A DNA stretch of 64,000 nt. Origin: Squalus acanthias (Eukaryota). Within the stretch, counting starts at the first letter, position 1. Every line of letters begins with the position of its first letter. Location: NCBI GenBank assembly GCA_030390025.1, contig CM059431.1:139936001-140000000 (forward strand), read 5' to 3'. Positions 1-12,880 of this stretch are shown piece by piece. The notes under the pieces are model-generated. The model made no database searches and was not told the origin of the DNA. It was given only the letters and a program-made list of their open reading frames with translations. A program made the translations under genes and the position numbers.

Positions 1-79
1 AAGTGCTCTTGCAGAGAGTCGGCACGGGCTCGATGGGCCCAATGGCCTCCTTATGTGCTGTAAACATTCTATGATTCTA
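1..79 (+). mobile_element. CR1-type LINE 3' tail
   Basis: gatgggcc.aatggcctcct...ttctatgattcta terminus, shared with other CR1 ends in the window. Confidence 0.7.
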
Positions 80-769
80 CTTTGCACGGGATCATAAGTC
101 AGGTGTTGACACCATGAGAGATGCTCAATATATTTAAATAGAAACACCACCCAGGACACATCTCCATGAACACACGGACAATGTCACTGCCCATAGAGAC
201 CAGAGGATCACACCCAGCTATATATTGTGTATATGGAGAGATATCATATTCATTAAATACCAGAATTTAATATCAAAACTCAACAAATCAAAAATATTAA
301 AAACAAACCTGTGAATAAAAATAATCCAACACCGCCACACTGTGTAAATCCGAGTGAAGGATCATTGATTTTATCACCCCCTGCTTGTCATTTCCCTGCA
401 GAATATTCTCCACCTCAGGAATAAGGCTGGTTTTGGCCTGCACTGTGTGAGTAAATCTCACCAATGGCCGCTCCCAGTGCGGAGTCTCGGACGACGGGAG
501 CCCGTCTGGAACTCGGTTGTGTAGATCAGCGGGACTCACTGGATTTCACTGGGCAGCTGTCTGTGTCACAACTGATGTGGAGAGTTGATCGTAACACTCG
601 GGAAATGCTCGATCCCAGAGCTAACAGCTGTTGTACTGATGGGGGAGGAGGGACTTGATATCATGTTTAACCAAGCAACGTTCTCCTTCTCATTTTAATA
701 TTTCCATCTAACCCACCTATTATTATATTTCTTACAGAGCATCAGAATCTGGGAACTCCTGTCACCACC

Positions 770-833
770 ATGGCTGAAGGTCCAAACAGGGGAGAAGATC
801 CAACATCTTCAACAAGAATGAGAATGGACACAG
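770..833 (+). CDS. NLR coding exon 1 (MAEGPNRGEDPTSSTRMRMDT)
   Basis: Acceptor ttcttacag at 737, strong Kozak caccaccATGg, donor CAG|gtaggt at 834; phase 1 matches the next exon. Confidence 0.78.
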
Positions 834-929
834 GTAGGTTCACAAAATTCTTTAAATATAATTTCTGTCCTGACAAATGGTCCAGATCTCGTGCAAGAAC
901 CTGAGCTCACACAGGAAGAGGAAACTTAT

Positions 930-1235
930 TATAAGAAATAGGAATACGTCATTCGGCCCTTCGAGCCTGCTCTGTAATTAGTACCCAATAATCTATCGAT
1001 CTTTGTCTTGAATATACTCAACGACTGAGCATTCACAGCCTCTGTGGTAGAGAATTCCAAAGATTCACAACCCTTTCAGTGAAGATATTTTCCTAGCTTT
1101 AGTCCTAAATGTCTGACCCCCTTATTCTGAGACTCTGATCCCTAGTACTAGACTCGCCAGGCAGTGGAAACATCCTCACAGCATCCACCCTGTCAAGCCC
1201 CTTAAGAATTATGTTTCAATGAAATCACCTCATGG
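930..1235 (-). mobile_element. CR1-type LINE 3' fragment
   Basis: Matches the reverse CR1 3' ends at 19250 and 37803 (cattcggcccttcgagcctgctc...gtttcaatgaaatcacctc). Confidence 0.75.
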
Positions 1236-1339
1236 AACTGGGCAGGTGCTGTGTACAAAGCAGGAAGTGAGTGACCATCTAGAGGGGCACTGCAGTCACA
1301 GGTTGAGGGAACACCTGAGTACTGGAACTGTCCAATAGA

Positions 1340-2565
1340 TGCCTAGTATTGGTATACAGTCAGGAGGGAGTGGTACGGGGAATTTTGAACATTGACTCCA
1401 GACCCCACGAAGTCTCATGGCACAAGTCAAGCATGGGCAAGGAAACCTCCTCCCTCAGCTGATGAATCAGTACTTCTCCATGTTGAACACCACTTGGAAG
1501 AAGCACTGAGATTATCAAGGGCACAGAATGTACTCTGGGTGGGGGACTTCAATGTACATCACCAAGAGTGGCTCGGTAGCTCCACTGCTGGCCGAGTCCT
1601 GAAGGACTTAGCTGCCAGGCTGGGACTGCAGCACGTGCTGAGAGAACCAACACGAGGGAAAAACCTACTGGACTTCGGTCTCACCAATCTACCTGTCTCA
1701 GATGCATCTCTCATTGACAGCATTGGTTGCAGTGACCACCGCACAGGCACAGTCATTGTGGAGACGAAGTCCCATCTTCACACTGAGGACACCCTCCATC
1801 ATGTTGTGTGGCGCTACCATTGTGCTAAATGGGATAGATTGAGAACGGATCTAGCAGCTCAAAACTGGGCATCCATGAGGCTCTGTGGGCCATCAGCAGC
1901 AGCAGAATTGTATTCCACCACAATCTGTAACCTCCTAGCCCGGCATATCCGTCACTCTACCATTACCACCAAGCCAGGGGACCAAACCTGGTTCAATGAA
2001 GAGTGCAGAAGAGCATGCCAGGAGCAGCAGCATGAGTACCTAAAAATGAGGTGCCAACCTGGGGATGCTGCAACACAGGACTACATGCATGCTAAACAGC
2101 AGAAACAGCATGCCATAGACATAACTAATCGATTCAACAACCAACGGATCAGAACACAGCTCGGCAGTCCCTCCACCATCGGCGCACCCCGGACGCAGTG
2201 TGTACCATCTACAAGATGCACTGCAGCAACTCGCCAATGCTTCTTCGGCAGCACCTCCCAAACCCGCGACCTCTTCCACCTAGAAGGAAAATGGCAGATG
2301 GCGCACAGGAACACTATCACCTACTTCCCCCCCACCCCCCCAATCAAACACCATCCTGACTTGGAAGTATATCGCCATTCCTTCATCGTCGCTGGGTCAA
2401 AATCATGGAAGTCTGTCATTAACAGCACTGTGAGAGTGCTTTCACCACAGGGACTGACGCGGTTCAAGAAGGTGGCTCACCACCTCCACATCAAGGTCAA
2501 TTAGGGATGGGCAATAAATGCTCGCCTTGTCATCGACGCCCACATCCCAGGAATCAATAAAAATG
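1340..2565 (+). mobile_element. Second non-LTR (APE-RT) LINE family copy (RTE-X-like?), internally deleted
   Basis: Endonuclease motifs LWVGDFNVHH and SDH in ORF 1392-2504, joined directly to the 3' end ttagggatgggcaataaatgct. Homologous to 42109-46940 and 47706-49298. Clade uncertain. Confidence 0.8.
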
Positions 2566-2569
2566 ATCA

Positions 2570-2790
2570 GTGTGACAAAATGACACTTGTGTGGTTAGAA
2601 TATTATTTGCCAGTTATCAGCCCAAATCTCGATGTTTCCAGGTTTTGCTGCATGTGGGCATGGACTGTTTCATTATCTGAGGAAATGCCAACAGAGCCAA
2701 ACACACTGCAATCACCAATGAGCAGCCCCACCTCTGACCTTATGATGGAGCGAAGGTGAATCAGCTTGAGATAGTTGCGGCTAGTACGCT
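2570..2790 (-). mobile_element. Fragment of the same second LINE family (RT region)
   Basis: Homologous to 48460-48640 (gcatggactg...cattatctg...ctgaccttatgatggag). Confidence 0.65.
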
Positions 2791-3989
2791 GCCCTGGTTT
2801 GAGGAATACATTGAGGTAATTGAAAGTCAGACAATAGATTGAAAAACAAGGCATTAAGATTGTGATCTCTGGATTTTTTTGCACTGGGCTGCTTAAGGAG
2901 GCAGGTCAGTGTTTGACTTCAGTGCTGGAACAGCAGGGAAGGGTTCACCTTATTGGGACATTAGAGTGAGTTCGGGGAAAAGGGAAGGGACGGCCACGAT
3001 CTGAACAGACCATTAATAATGGTTTTCAGTAAAGGTGGATGCAGCAGGCGGGATAGAATCAGTTGATATGACCGGTGTTTGGGGAAATCCGGATCTGAGA
3101 ATAGGGAGTGTAATTAATACAACTTTTTTGGAGCAGGATCAGCAGATTTATGAAATAGTGTGAAGATATTACCAGGAAAAAAGGAGGGAGATTTTGAAGT
3201 AATGAGCGATTGTCATTTTATTTATTTTTTCAAAAGGGAAACAAAGGAGGATGAGCATTAAAAAGAACATCGACTGAATGTTACGTGTGTGAATGTAAAC
3301 ATCGTTCCAAACACACATGAAAGTTAAAAGCAAGATGATGGGGTCCAGTGTATATGCGATGTTTGTACAGGACTAGGAGAGAAATGCTTCCGGTTAAAAC
3401 ATTTTCAGCAGAGAGCGAACATTGCTGTGGGTGGCTGTATTAATAGCTGGTTTGTATCTGTCCCAAAATCAGACCAGAGCACTCAATACTGCAGGAAATC
3501 ATGAGGAATGTAAAACATGTGGTAGCAAGGTGAAAAGGGAGATAGGGCGGGGGTGGGTAAAATGGCATATGGGACAACGCCTGCGGATAATATAAAAAGT
3601 CAGGGTTTAAAAGTAGTGAAATAATAATTCAAGGCTGTAGGACTCTGGGTGAAGGGGGAATCTAGTTGTGGAGGATGAAGTTTTGAGGAGATACCATATT
3701 TTTCCTTCAGTTTCTAATCATGATTTTGGTAGTGCGAATGTAGGTGTAATGGAGGAGGATGTGGGACCATAGATAGCGATAACTAGAGAAGGATTTGGAT
3801 TTGAGAAAAATAGCAATGTGGATAAGTCACTGGTCCCAGGGAAAATGCACTCCAGGAAGTGAAAGGAAGTCACCGAGGAGATAGGATAGAGACTGCAGAA
3901 TGTTTCAATCCTCTTCAGATATAAACAATATACTTGATCGCTGAAGGAGCCCAAGTAACGTCTCTGTTCAACAATAGAGGAGAGAGGGA

Positions 3990-6900
3990 AAATCGGGTAA
4001 CTCAACCGGAGGAGGCGGACCTGTGTGGGAGCGGCAGCGGGACCTGAGAGAAGGAGGAGCGGCCATAAAGGAGCGCGGCAGAGGAGGCCCGACACCGGAG
4101 GAGGCGGACCTGTGTGGGAGCGACAGCGGTACCTGAGTGAAGGAGGAGCGGCCATAAAGGAGCGCTGCAGAGGAGTGCTGCGAGTAGGGAAAGAGTCCGA
4201 GAGCGGGAGCAGTCAAACAACAACAACTGCGAAACCGCTAAAGTGACGTCAAAACCAGGGAAGGAGCTGATTGGTAAGTAGGCCCTGGTGAGTATTTCTA
4301 CAGTCCAGTCGTTGAAGTAAAAGTAAGGTCTCTCGTTTAGAGTAAGTAGAGTTTAAAGTGAAGTAAGGTCCCCAGTGTATTTAATATTCTTTAATTTAAA
4401 GAAAGTAAAGGGAGCAAGTTAAGGGTAGGACATGGCAGGGCAGCTCGGCAGCGTGGAGTGCTCCTCCTGTGCTATGTGGGAAGTCAGGGACACTTTCGGT
4501 GTCCAGGGCGAACACAGGTGCAGGAAGTGTCTCCAGCTGCAGCTACTCGAAATCCGCGTTTCGGAGCTGGAGCGGCGGCTGGAGTCACTGTGGAGCATCC
4601 GCGAAGCTGAGATCTTCGTGGATAGTACGTTTAACGAGGTGGTCACACCAAAGGTAAAGAGGCAGACAGTGAATGGGTGACCGCCAGACAGAGTAAAAGA
4701 ACTAGGAAGGAATTGCAGGAGTCACCTGGGTCCATCTCCCTCTCCGACAGATTTTCCGTTTTGGATATTGCTGGGGGAGATGGTTTCTCTGGAATGCAGC
4801 AAGAGCCAAGTCCGTGGCTCTACGAGTGGCTCAGCTGCACAGGAGAGGAGGAAAAAGAGTGGGAGAGCAATAGAGATGGTGGATTCTATGGAAAGGGGAA
4901 CAGGTAGACGTTTCTGTGGCCGCAGACGTGACTCCAGGATAGTATGTTGCCTCCCTGGTGCCAGGGTCAAGGATGTCACTGAACGGCTGCAGGCCAATCT
5001 GAATGGGGGAGGGTGAACAGTCAGAGGTCGTCGTTCACACTGGTACCAATGACATAGGTAGAAAGAGGGATGTGGTCCTGTAACAAGAATTTAGGGAGCT
5101 AGGTAGCAGATTAAAAAGCAGGACCTCAAAGGTTGTAATCTCTGGATTACTCCCGGTGCCATGTGCTGGTGAGTGTAGGAATAGGGGGATAGAGCAGATG
5201 AATGCCTGGCTAAAGAGTTGGTGCAGGAGGGAGGGCTTTAGTTCCCTGGATCACTAGGTCTGCTACTGGGAAAGGTGGGACCTGTTCAAGTCGGACGGGT
5301 TGCACCTGAACCGGAACGTGACCAACATCCTTGCGGGGAGGTTTGCTAGTACTGTTGGGGGGTGATTAAACTAACTTGGCAGGGGGATGGGATACGGAGT
5401 GGAGCTATAGTAGGGGGTGCTGCACAGCCAATAATAGAGGGTAAAAAAGGTCAGACTGGAAGGTAGAGCAAATATGTAATGGCACAAGGGCGTATGGGAA
5501 GGCTGAATGGCATTTATTTTAATGCAAGGAGTCTTGCGAGTAAGGCAGATGAATTGAAGGTGTTGATGAACACATGATATTGTTGCTATGACAGAGACAT
5601 GGTTGAGGGAGGGGCAGGACTGGCAGCTCAATATTCCGAGGTATAGAATCTTCAGGCGAGACAGAGGGGGTTGTCTCAATATAAATCAAGGAGTCAATTA
5701 CTGCCGTAAGGAGGGATGATATCTTAGCCGGTTCCTCTAATAAGGCCATATGGGTAGAACTTAAAAACAAAAAGGGGGCAAGCACTTTGCTGGGAGTGTA
5801 CTATAGGTCCCCAAACAGTCAGGGGGAGATAGAGGAATAGATATGTCGGCAAATCTCAAAGAAGTGTAGTAATAATAGTATAATAATAGTAGGAGATTTC
5901 AACTTCCCCAATATTAACCGGGAGAGTCAGAGTGTGAAAGGCTTGGAGGGTGCGGAATTCTTATAGTGCATCCAGGAGAGCTTTTTGAGCCAGCATGTAG
6001 AAAGTCCTACAAGGGAGGGGGCGGTACTGGACCTAATTCTAGGGAATGTAGCCGGGCAAGTGGTAGAAGTGTCAGTAGGAGACCATTTTGGTGACAGTGA
6101 CAATAATTCGGTGAGATTTAAGGTAGTCATGGAAAAGGACAAAGATGGACCGGAAATAAAGGTTCTAAATTTGGAGAAAGCCGATTTTAATATGATAAGG
6201 CAGGATCTGGCCAAATTGGATTGGGATAAGCTACTTGTAGGAAAATCCACATCAGAGCAGTGGGAGTCTTTCAGAAAGGAAATAGAGAAAGTACAATGCC
6301 AACATGTTCCCACAAAGGTCAAGGGTGTGACCAACAAGCCCAGGGAACCCTGGATGTCAAGGGATATACACGAATGGATTAGGAAAAAAAGGGAGGCTTT
6401 TGACAGATACAAATGACTAAAACCAGTGGAAGCCTTAGAGGAGTACAGAAAAAGAATTTAGGAGAGTGAAGGGGGGGCATGAAAAAACACTGGCGGGCAA
6501 AGTAAAGGAAAACCCCAAGATGTATTATAAGTATATTAAGGGCAAGAGGATAACCAGGGAAAGATTAGGACCCATTAGGGACCAAAGTGACTATCTGTGT
6601 GTGGAGCCGGAAGATGTGGGTGAGGTTTTAAATGAATATTGTGCATCTGTGTTCACTATGGAGAAGGACGATGTAGGCATAGAAATCAGACAGGGGGATT
6701 GTGATATACTTGAACAAATTAGTATTGAGAGGGCGGAAGTACTAGCGGTTTTAGCGAGCTTAAAAGTGGATCAGTCCCCAGGACCAGACGAGATGTATCC
6801 CAGGCTGCTGTGTGAGGCAAGGGAGGAGATTGCAGGGGCTCTGACACACATTTTCAGCTCCTCTCTCCCACAGGGGAGGTGCCAGAGGACTGGAGGACAG

Positions 6901-8318
6901 CTAACGTAGTACCATTATTCAAGAAGGGAGTAGGGATAAATCAGGGAATTACAGGCCTAACATCAGTGGTAGGGAAATTATTGGAAAACATTCTGAGGTA
7001 CTGAATTAATCTCCACTTGGAGAGGCAAGGATTAATCAAGGATAGTCAGCATGGCTTTATCAGGGGGATATCATGTCTAACCAATTTGATTTTATTTTTC
7101 GAGGGGGTGACTAGGTGTGTGGAAGAGGGTAGTGCAGTTGATGTAGTCTACATGGACTTCAGTAAGGCTTTTGAGAAAGTCCCGCATGTAAGACTGGTCA
7201 AGAAGGTAAGAGCCCATGGGATCCAGGGCAATTTGGCACATTGGATCCAAAATTGGCTTAGTGGAAGGAGGCAGAGGGTGATGGTCGAAGGTTGTTTTTG
7301 TGACTGGAAGCCTATGTCCAGTGGTGTACCGTGGGGATCGGTGCTGGGTCTTCTGCTGTTTGTAGTGTACATTTATGATTTTTATGAATGTAGGAGGTAT
7401 GATCAGTAAGTTCGCAGATGACACATAAATTGGTAGGTTGGTAAATAGCGAGGAGGGAAGCCTCAGGCTACAGGACGATATAGACGGGTTGGTCAGATGG
7501 GTAGGACAGAGGCAAATGAAATTTAACCCTGAAAAGTGTTGGCAGGTCTAACAAGGCAAGGGATTACACAATGAATGGTAGGACCCTAGGAAGGACAGAG
7601 GATCAGAGGGACCTTGGTGTGCATGTACATAGATCCCTGAAGGCAGCAGGACAGGTAGATAAGGTGGTTAAGAAGGCATATGGGATACTTGCCTTCATTA
7701 GCCGAGGCATAGAATATAAAAGCAGGGAGGTTATGATGGAGCTGTACAAAACGCTAGTTAGGCAACAGCTGGAATACTGTGTGCAGTTCTGGTCGCCGCA
7801 CTATAGGAAGGATGTGATTGCATTGGAGAAGGTGCAGAGGAGATTCACCAGGATGTTACCTGGGCTGGAGCGCTTCAGCTATGAAGAGAGACTGGACAGG
7901 CTGGGGTTGTTTTCCTTAGAGCAGAGAAGGCTGAGGGGGGACCTGATTGAGGTGTACAAAATTATGAGGGGCATAGATAGGGTAGATAGAAAGGAACTTT
8001 TCCCATTAGTGGAGGGGTCAATAACCAGGGGGCATAGTTTCAAGGTAAGGGGCAGGAGGTTTAGAGGGGATTTGAGGAAAAACTTTTTCACCCAGAGGGT
8101 GGTTGGAATCTGGAACTCACTGCCTGAAAGGGTGGTAGAGGCAGGAACCCTCACAACATTCAAGAAGCATTTTGATGAGCACTTGAAACGCCATAGCATA
8201 CAAGGTTACGGACCAAGTGCTGGAAAATGGGATTAGAATAGACAGGGCTTGAAGGCCGGCGCGGACACGATGGGCCGAAGGGCCTCTTTCTGTGCTGTAT
8301 AAATCTATGACTCTATGA
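3990..8318 (+). mobile_element. Near full-length CR1 LINE (5'UTR, ORF1 Zn-finger/esterase, ORF2 APE-RT), decayed
   Basis: ORF1 starts 4432 (CSSCAMWE...CRKC); ORF2 fragments LDLILGN, SQHGF, YMDFSKAF, LEYCVQFWSP; tail tctatgactctatga. Several stops and frameshifts. Confidence 0.93.
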
Positions 8319-8638
8319 ACAGTTTGTCTATGGCAGTCGTGAGCAGACTGCTCGAATTTGTAATTTAAGGTTGAAATAGTGAACGTTGAGATACAGGGGA
8401 TGATCAGGGCAGGTTGGAACGGATTAGCTGTGGACAAGTCGTGTTTGAGAAATGTAAACATTTTTTTAAAGAATTGACTATGTAGTTCGATGGGATGTAG
8501 CAAGTGCGTTGTATGTGGTTTTTCACAAGATGTTTGATGTGGCTCACAGGAAGCTTCAGCCGTTTGGTATAAGAGGAAATGTTCCAGCTTGGATATAAAG
8601 TGGACAATGTGCTTAGTTTTCTCCATTTGTGTTCACAG

Positions 8639-8805
8639 ATTCGAACTCTACAATCACTGAGTTCTTGACAATTTGCAACGATTACCAGCTGTTCCAGTTG
8701 ACGAAATTCTACCGGGACAGACTGGAACAGGCGATTGAAGGAGGGGTGGACGGAGTCAGCTCGTTGTTAACATACGAGAGGCATTTCAGTGGACAAGAAC
8801 ATCGG
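8639..8805 (+). CDS. NLR coding exon 2, N-terminal death-fold/CARD-like part
   Basis: Acceptor ttctccatttgtgttcacag, open frame DSNSTITEFL...HFSGQEHR, donor CGG|gtaagt; phase 1 to 0. Confidence 0.85.
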
Positions 8806-9385
8806 GTAAGTGGGAAGGACACAGAATGAATTTGGATTATTTAAACATCACAGAACTGAAAGGAAATCAGATCTTAGAATCATAGAATGTTACAGAAGAG
8901 AAACAGGCCAAATAGGAAAGAAAGGGTTAAAACTGTTAATGGTGTAAATCTTAAACAACAATACAAATGTGAAAATACCCAGCAGATCCGTCAGTATCTG
9001 CACAAAGAAGGGACAGGGTACCGGGTCCGATATAAACCTTCGTGGGCTGAAGTCAAAGGGAACCAAGAGAGGCGGGAAACAACTGATGGGATTTGGAAGG
9101 AAGTTCATGAGTTGTCTGACCTACAAACTACTTAAAGTAAATCGAGGAACTATGAGAAGATAATCATGTGCCTGCTAAATGAAACGTATTTGTTTTAGGT
9201 AATGCTAAACCAATGAACAAGTATTGCACCCAAACAGCGCAAACAATCCAAAAAAACCTGTGGGGAGTTTTGGATCAACCGAATAGAATGATCCAAATTA
9301 TATTGATTCCGATACCAGAGCTAAATCAACTTGTTGGTTCTATGAAGATCCTCAGCATATTCAAGCATATTATACAGCTTTAATA

Positions 9386-11410
9386 GTAGAATCACAGAAA
9401 CCTATAGCACAGAAGGAGGCCATTCGACATGTCGTGTCTCTGCAGACTCTTTGAAATAAAAGTCCTGCTTAGTCTCAAATTCCAACTTGTTGTCCAAACT
9501 CCTGTAAGTTCCTCATTCTCAATTACCTGTCCAACTCCCATTAAAATTATTTTTGTAATCAGCTTTCATCGCAGTTTCAGGTAGAGCGTTCCTAATCCTG
9601 ACAACTCTGAGTTAAAACAGTTCTCATCCTCCCTCTACATCTTTTTCAGTGATTTTATATATATGACCTCTGGTTATTGAACCACTCACCTGAGGGAATA
9701 GTTCTTTATTTACTCCATCAAACCTCTCAGCATCTTTAAAACCCTTATTAGGTCTCCTCCTTTGTTTCAATGAGAACGTTCCTAACGTTTGCAACCTATT
9801 AGTAGGAAACCTTGGAGTCTGAATACTAACCAATCCAGACAAGTTCTCAGCACGGGATACCAATAAGTTACTGAAAGTGCCCCAATTTATACACCTAGAT
9901 CAAAGGTGTCAAATAGACTGTTCCATTGTCCATGTAACGGAAATCAACCAGCCCTGGTGCTGCCTGTAATTTTTCAACACATATCTTTCCAAGTGACAAG
10001 ATTGTCTAACATTTGCCCCAGCACCGACATTAGGCCGACTGGCCTGTAGTTGCTATACCTCTCCTGTTTTTTGAACAGGTCTGTGACATTGGCAACTCTC
10101 CAGTCGTCTGGCACCACTCACATGTCCAAGGAGGATTGGAAGATTGTGGCTAAAACAACGAAACTTTCCACCCTTACTCCCCTCAGTAAGTGAGGATGCA
10201 TTTCATCCGGACAGGGTGGAGTTTATACTTTGAGTGCTGCCAATATTTTAAGTGCCTCCCCATTACCTATTTTCATCTTGTCCAATTTCTCTATTATCTC
10301 TTCCTTTACTGTGACATTGACAGCACCCTTTTCCTTTGTGAAGACTGATGCAAAGTATTAATTTAGTACATCAGCCGTGCCCTTCGGCTCCACAAAAAGA
10401 TCTCCTTTTTGGTCCTTAATCGGCCCCAGCCTTCGTTTGATTAACCTTTTACTATTTAAATATTTATAAATGACTACAGTGTTCCCCTTTATGTTAACTG
10501 ATATTTTCTCATACGATCTCTTTGCCCCTCTTATTTCTGTTTTCAGTTCACCTCTGCACTTTCTGTATTCTTCTTAATTCTCTCTATTGTATTATGAATA
10601 TGACATGTATTATTAATTTTAACCTCTATATCTTTAGTCATCCAGGGAGCTCTAGCTTTGGATGCCCTTCCTTCTCCCTCATACGAACGTGTCTGGTCTG
10701 TACCTGTGATATCTCCTCTTTGAAGGCCTCCCATTACTCATTTACAGTTTTATCGGCCAATCTTTGTTTCCAATTCAACTGATCCATTTACAGCTCACTG
10801 AAGTAAGCCCTATTTCAGTTGAGCATCTTCACCTTAGATTGTTCATTCTCCCTTTCCATTACGGCTCGAAACCTAATATTGTGATCGCTGTTCCCCAAAT
10901 GCTGTCCCACTGAAACATGCTCCACTTTCCCCACATCATTTCCCATATCTAGATCGAGCACTGCTTCCTTCCTTGTTGGGTTTGAAATGTATTCATCAAG
11001 AATGTTCACCTCTGCACATTCCATTCTTCCTTGGCATTTACTCTGTGTTTCCCCAGTCTACTGTCACCCTCCCCAGCCCCACTATTTTTCTTCCCTATTC
11101 CCCCTGAACTCATTGTATCCAGGAATGTTATGTTCTGATTCCTCTCCTTTTTTGAGCAAAGTCTTCATATTGCTACTATATCATATGCCTGCAGCTTACT
11201 GACATTATTGGTCACGCCCCGTGCATTGATGCACATGCACTCTAGACACGCCTTAGCCTGATTTGTATATCTCCCCTGTCTGATTCCTCCTCTCTCTGGG
11301 CTGTTCGATATTCTAGCTCTATTTGTCTCTCGCAATGCTCGATACACCTTGTTTCACCTCTCTAATTCTTCATCCTGGTTCCCGTTCCCTACCAAATTAG
11401 GTTAAACACT
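9386..11410 (-). mobile_element. Degenerate, internally deleted CR1 LINE
   Basis: Reverse CR1 tail at 9386; minus-strand fragments PTRKEAVLDLDMGN and CINARGV. Confidence 0.8.
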
Positions 11411-12534
11411 CCCATTCATGGCCAAAAGTTGCATAGAGCATTGCTGAGGCCACAACAGACTCAGCAGGATTGAGCCCCCTAACATCAGAATGAACGAATA
11501 ATGGGGAGTGAGGTCAGAGTAGGGCAGACCGGATCATACTAGGCCCGAGGACCTTCCATTATAAAACACAGTCACTGAGCTGAATTTATCACATTCGAGG
11601 AAAAAAAAGACATGATGGGAACATGATCCGGGTCTTATGAATGCTTGAAACGATAAAACAATCGAACTGTAGATAATACTGTGGACCTTGGACCGTAGGC
11701 ACTAAACCAGAGACATGATACAAGCCTCAGACGAGACCAATGGTTACCCCCAATTCACATTGAATTGAATGTCCGTCCAGTATCGAAAGCATTTATGTGT
11801 CCAAAAAATCTTTCAAGAAATTGGTTTCAATTGATTAAAACTGTGGATTATCGAAATAAGTAAAGAGTGAAAACATACTGGAGGGAACTCAATGTTGCTA
11901 CAGCAGAAGCAATAAATAGAAATAATCCAACCACAGTTAATTAGTGGAGATGTCAATGAGCAGATATTCAGGATTCCCCTTGACCGCATTTGATGGATTT
12001 AGACAGCTGTGTTCAGATTAATGTGGGCAGATTGAGGTGTGGAGATTAAATACATGAAGTACAGTCCCTGGAAGGGTGGGGTCATTCTCGGTTCCAAGGG
12101 ACTGCCTCAGAAGAAGAAGAGGTCGACATGATCTTAGCGGGAGCAGGCCTTCCGGTTAAAATGGCCTGACATATTCCCACGGAAAAGGGATTTATCCCAC
12201 CGCTTCAGTAAATCCCTGCTTGAATCATTGACATTTCATGGACCTCAGAGTATCTGCACTTCCTGAGAAGGAGTAAAATTCTTGTGTGTGAGTATTTATA
12301 ACCTGCTGCGCAATATTGTGCTGAACAACGTCATTGACCCATTGAAAATAGACTGGCGAAGTTAGTGTCAAAAGCTTAATCAATCGGTAACTAATATTCA
12401 CTTCAATGGAATTAATTGCCGTGGTCCTGCTGTTGAACGGAATTAAAAGTATCGAATTCAATAAACAGGGTGAGTATGGGGGGAAATTGATCTTTCACTC
12501 CGCTCCTCAATATATTCATTATTATTCTGTACAG

Positions 12535-12706
12535 ATAATCATTGAGCTCACAGAGCAGGGAAACCGGGCGGACAGTTCCAAACTTCTCCTAAATCTGGTG
12601 ATGGAGAAAGGCTCTCGAGCCCGAAGGACAATGTGGGAATCCTTTGTGAATATGCGCCATGGGGTGCCAAAGCTGGACAAAATACTGAAAGAAATACAGG
12701 AACTTG
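12535..12706 (+). CDS. NLR coding exon 3, death-fold/CARD-like part
   Basis: Acceptor ttattctgtacag, IIIELTEQGNRADSSKLLLNLVMEKGSRARRTMWESF...EIQEL, donor G|gtacgg; phase 0 to 1. The pattern KLLLNLVMEKG resembles the CARD LLDxLxxKG motif. Confidence 0.85.
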
Positions 12707-12808
12707 GTACGGTAAAATAACACTGAATTCAATTTCACATCTAAAATTACATATTTTACTAAAGTAGTGCACAGATTTGCTTTCATGAAAACGAATTTAT
12801 TTAAACAG

Positions 12809-12880
12809 GTTTCTTTCGATTTAATGACATGAAAGCCACAGAATGTTTATCCGAAGTTCCCAGTCAGCTGAAAGGATGGG
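12809..12880 (+). CDS. NLR coding exon 4 (short linker)
   Basis: Acceptor tttaaacag, open frame GFFRFNDMKATECLSEVPSQLK. Ends either at 12874 (non-canonical GA donor) or 12880 (gtgaag); both are phase 1 and match the NACHT exon. Confidence 0.65.

Noticed and set aside
464..660. Possible non-coding first exon and promoter (CCAAT near 462, gtaaca donor near 591)
   Set aside because: The acceptor at 737 implies an upstream exon, but these motifs are too weak to place it.
3718..4246. Overlapping Pro/Arg-rich ORFs
   Set aside because: They arise from the GC-rich duplicated CR1 5'UTR.
12064..12120. Short segment ending in (GAA)n, like a retroelement tail
   Set aside because: Too short to assign a family without a search.
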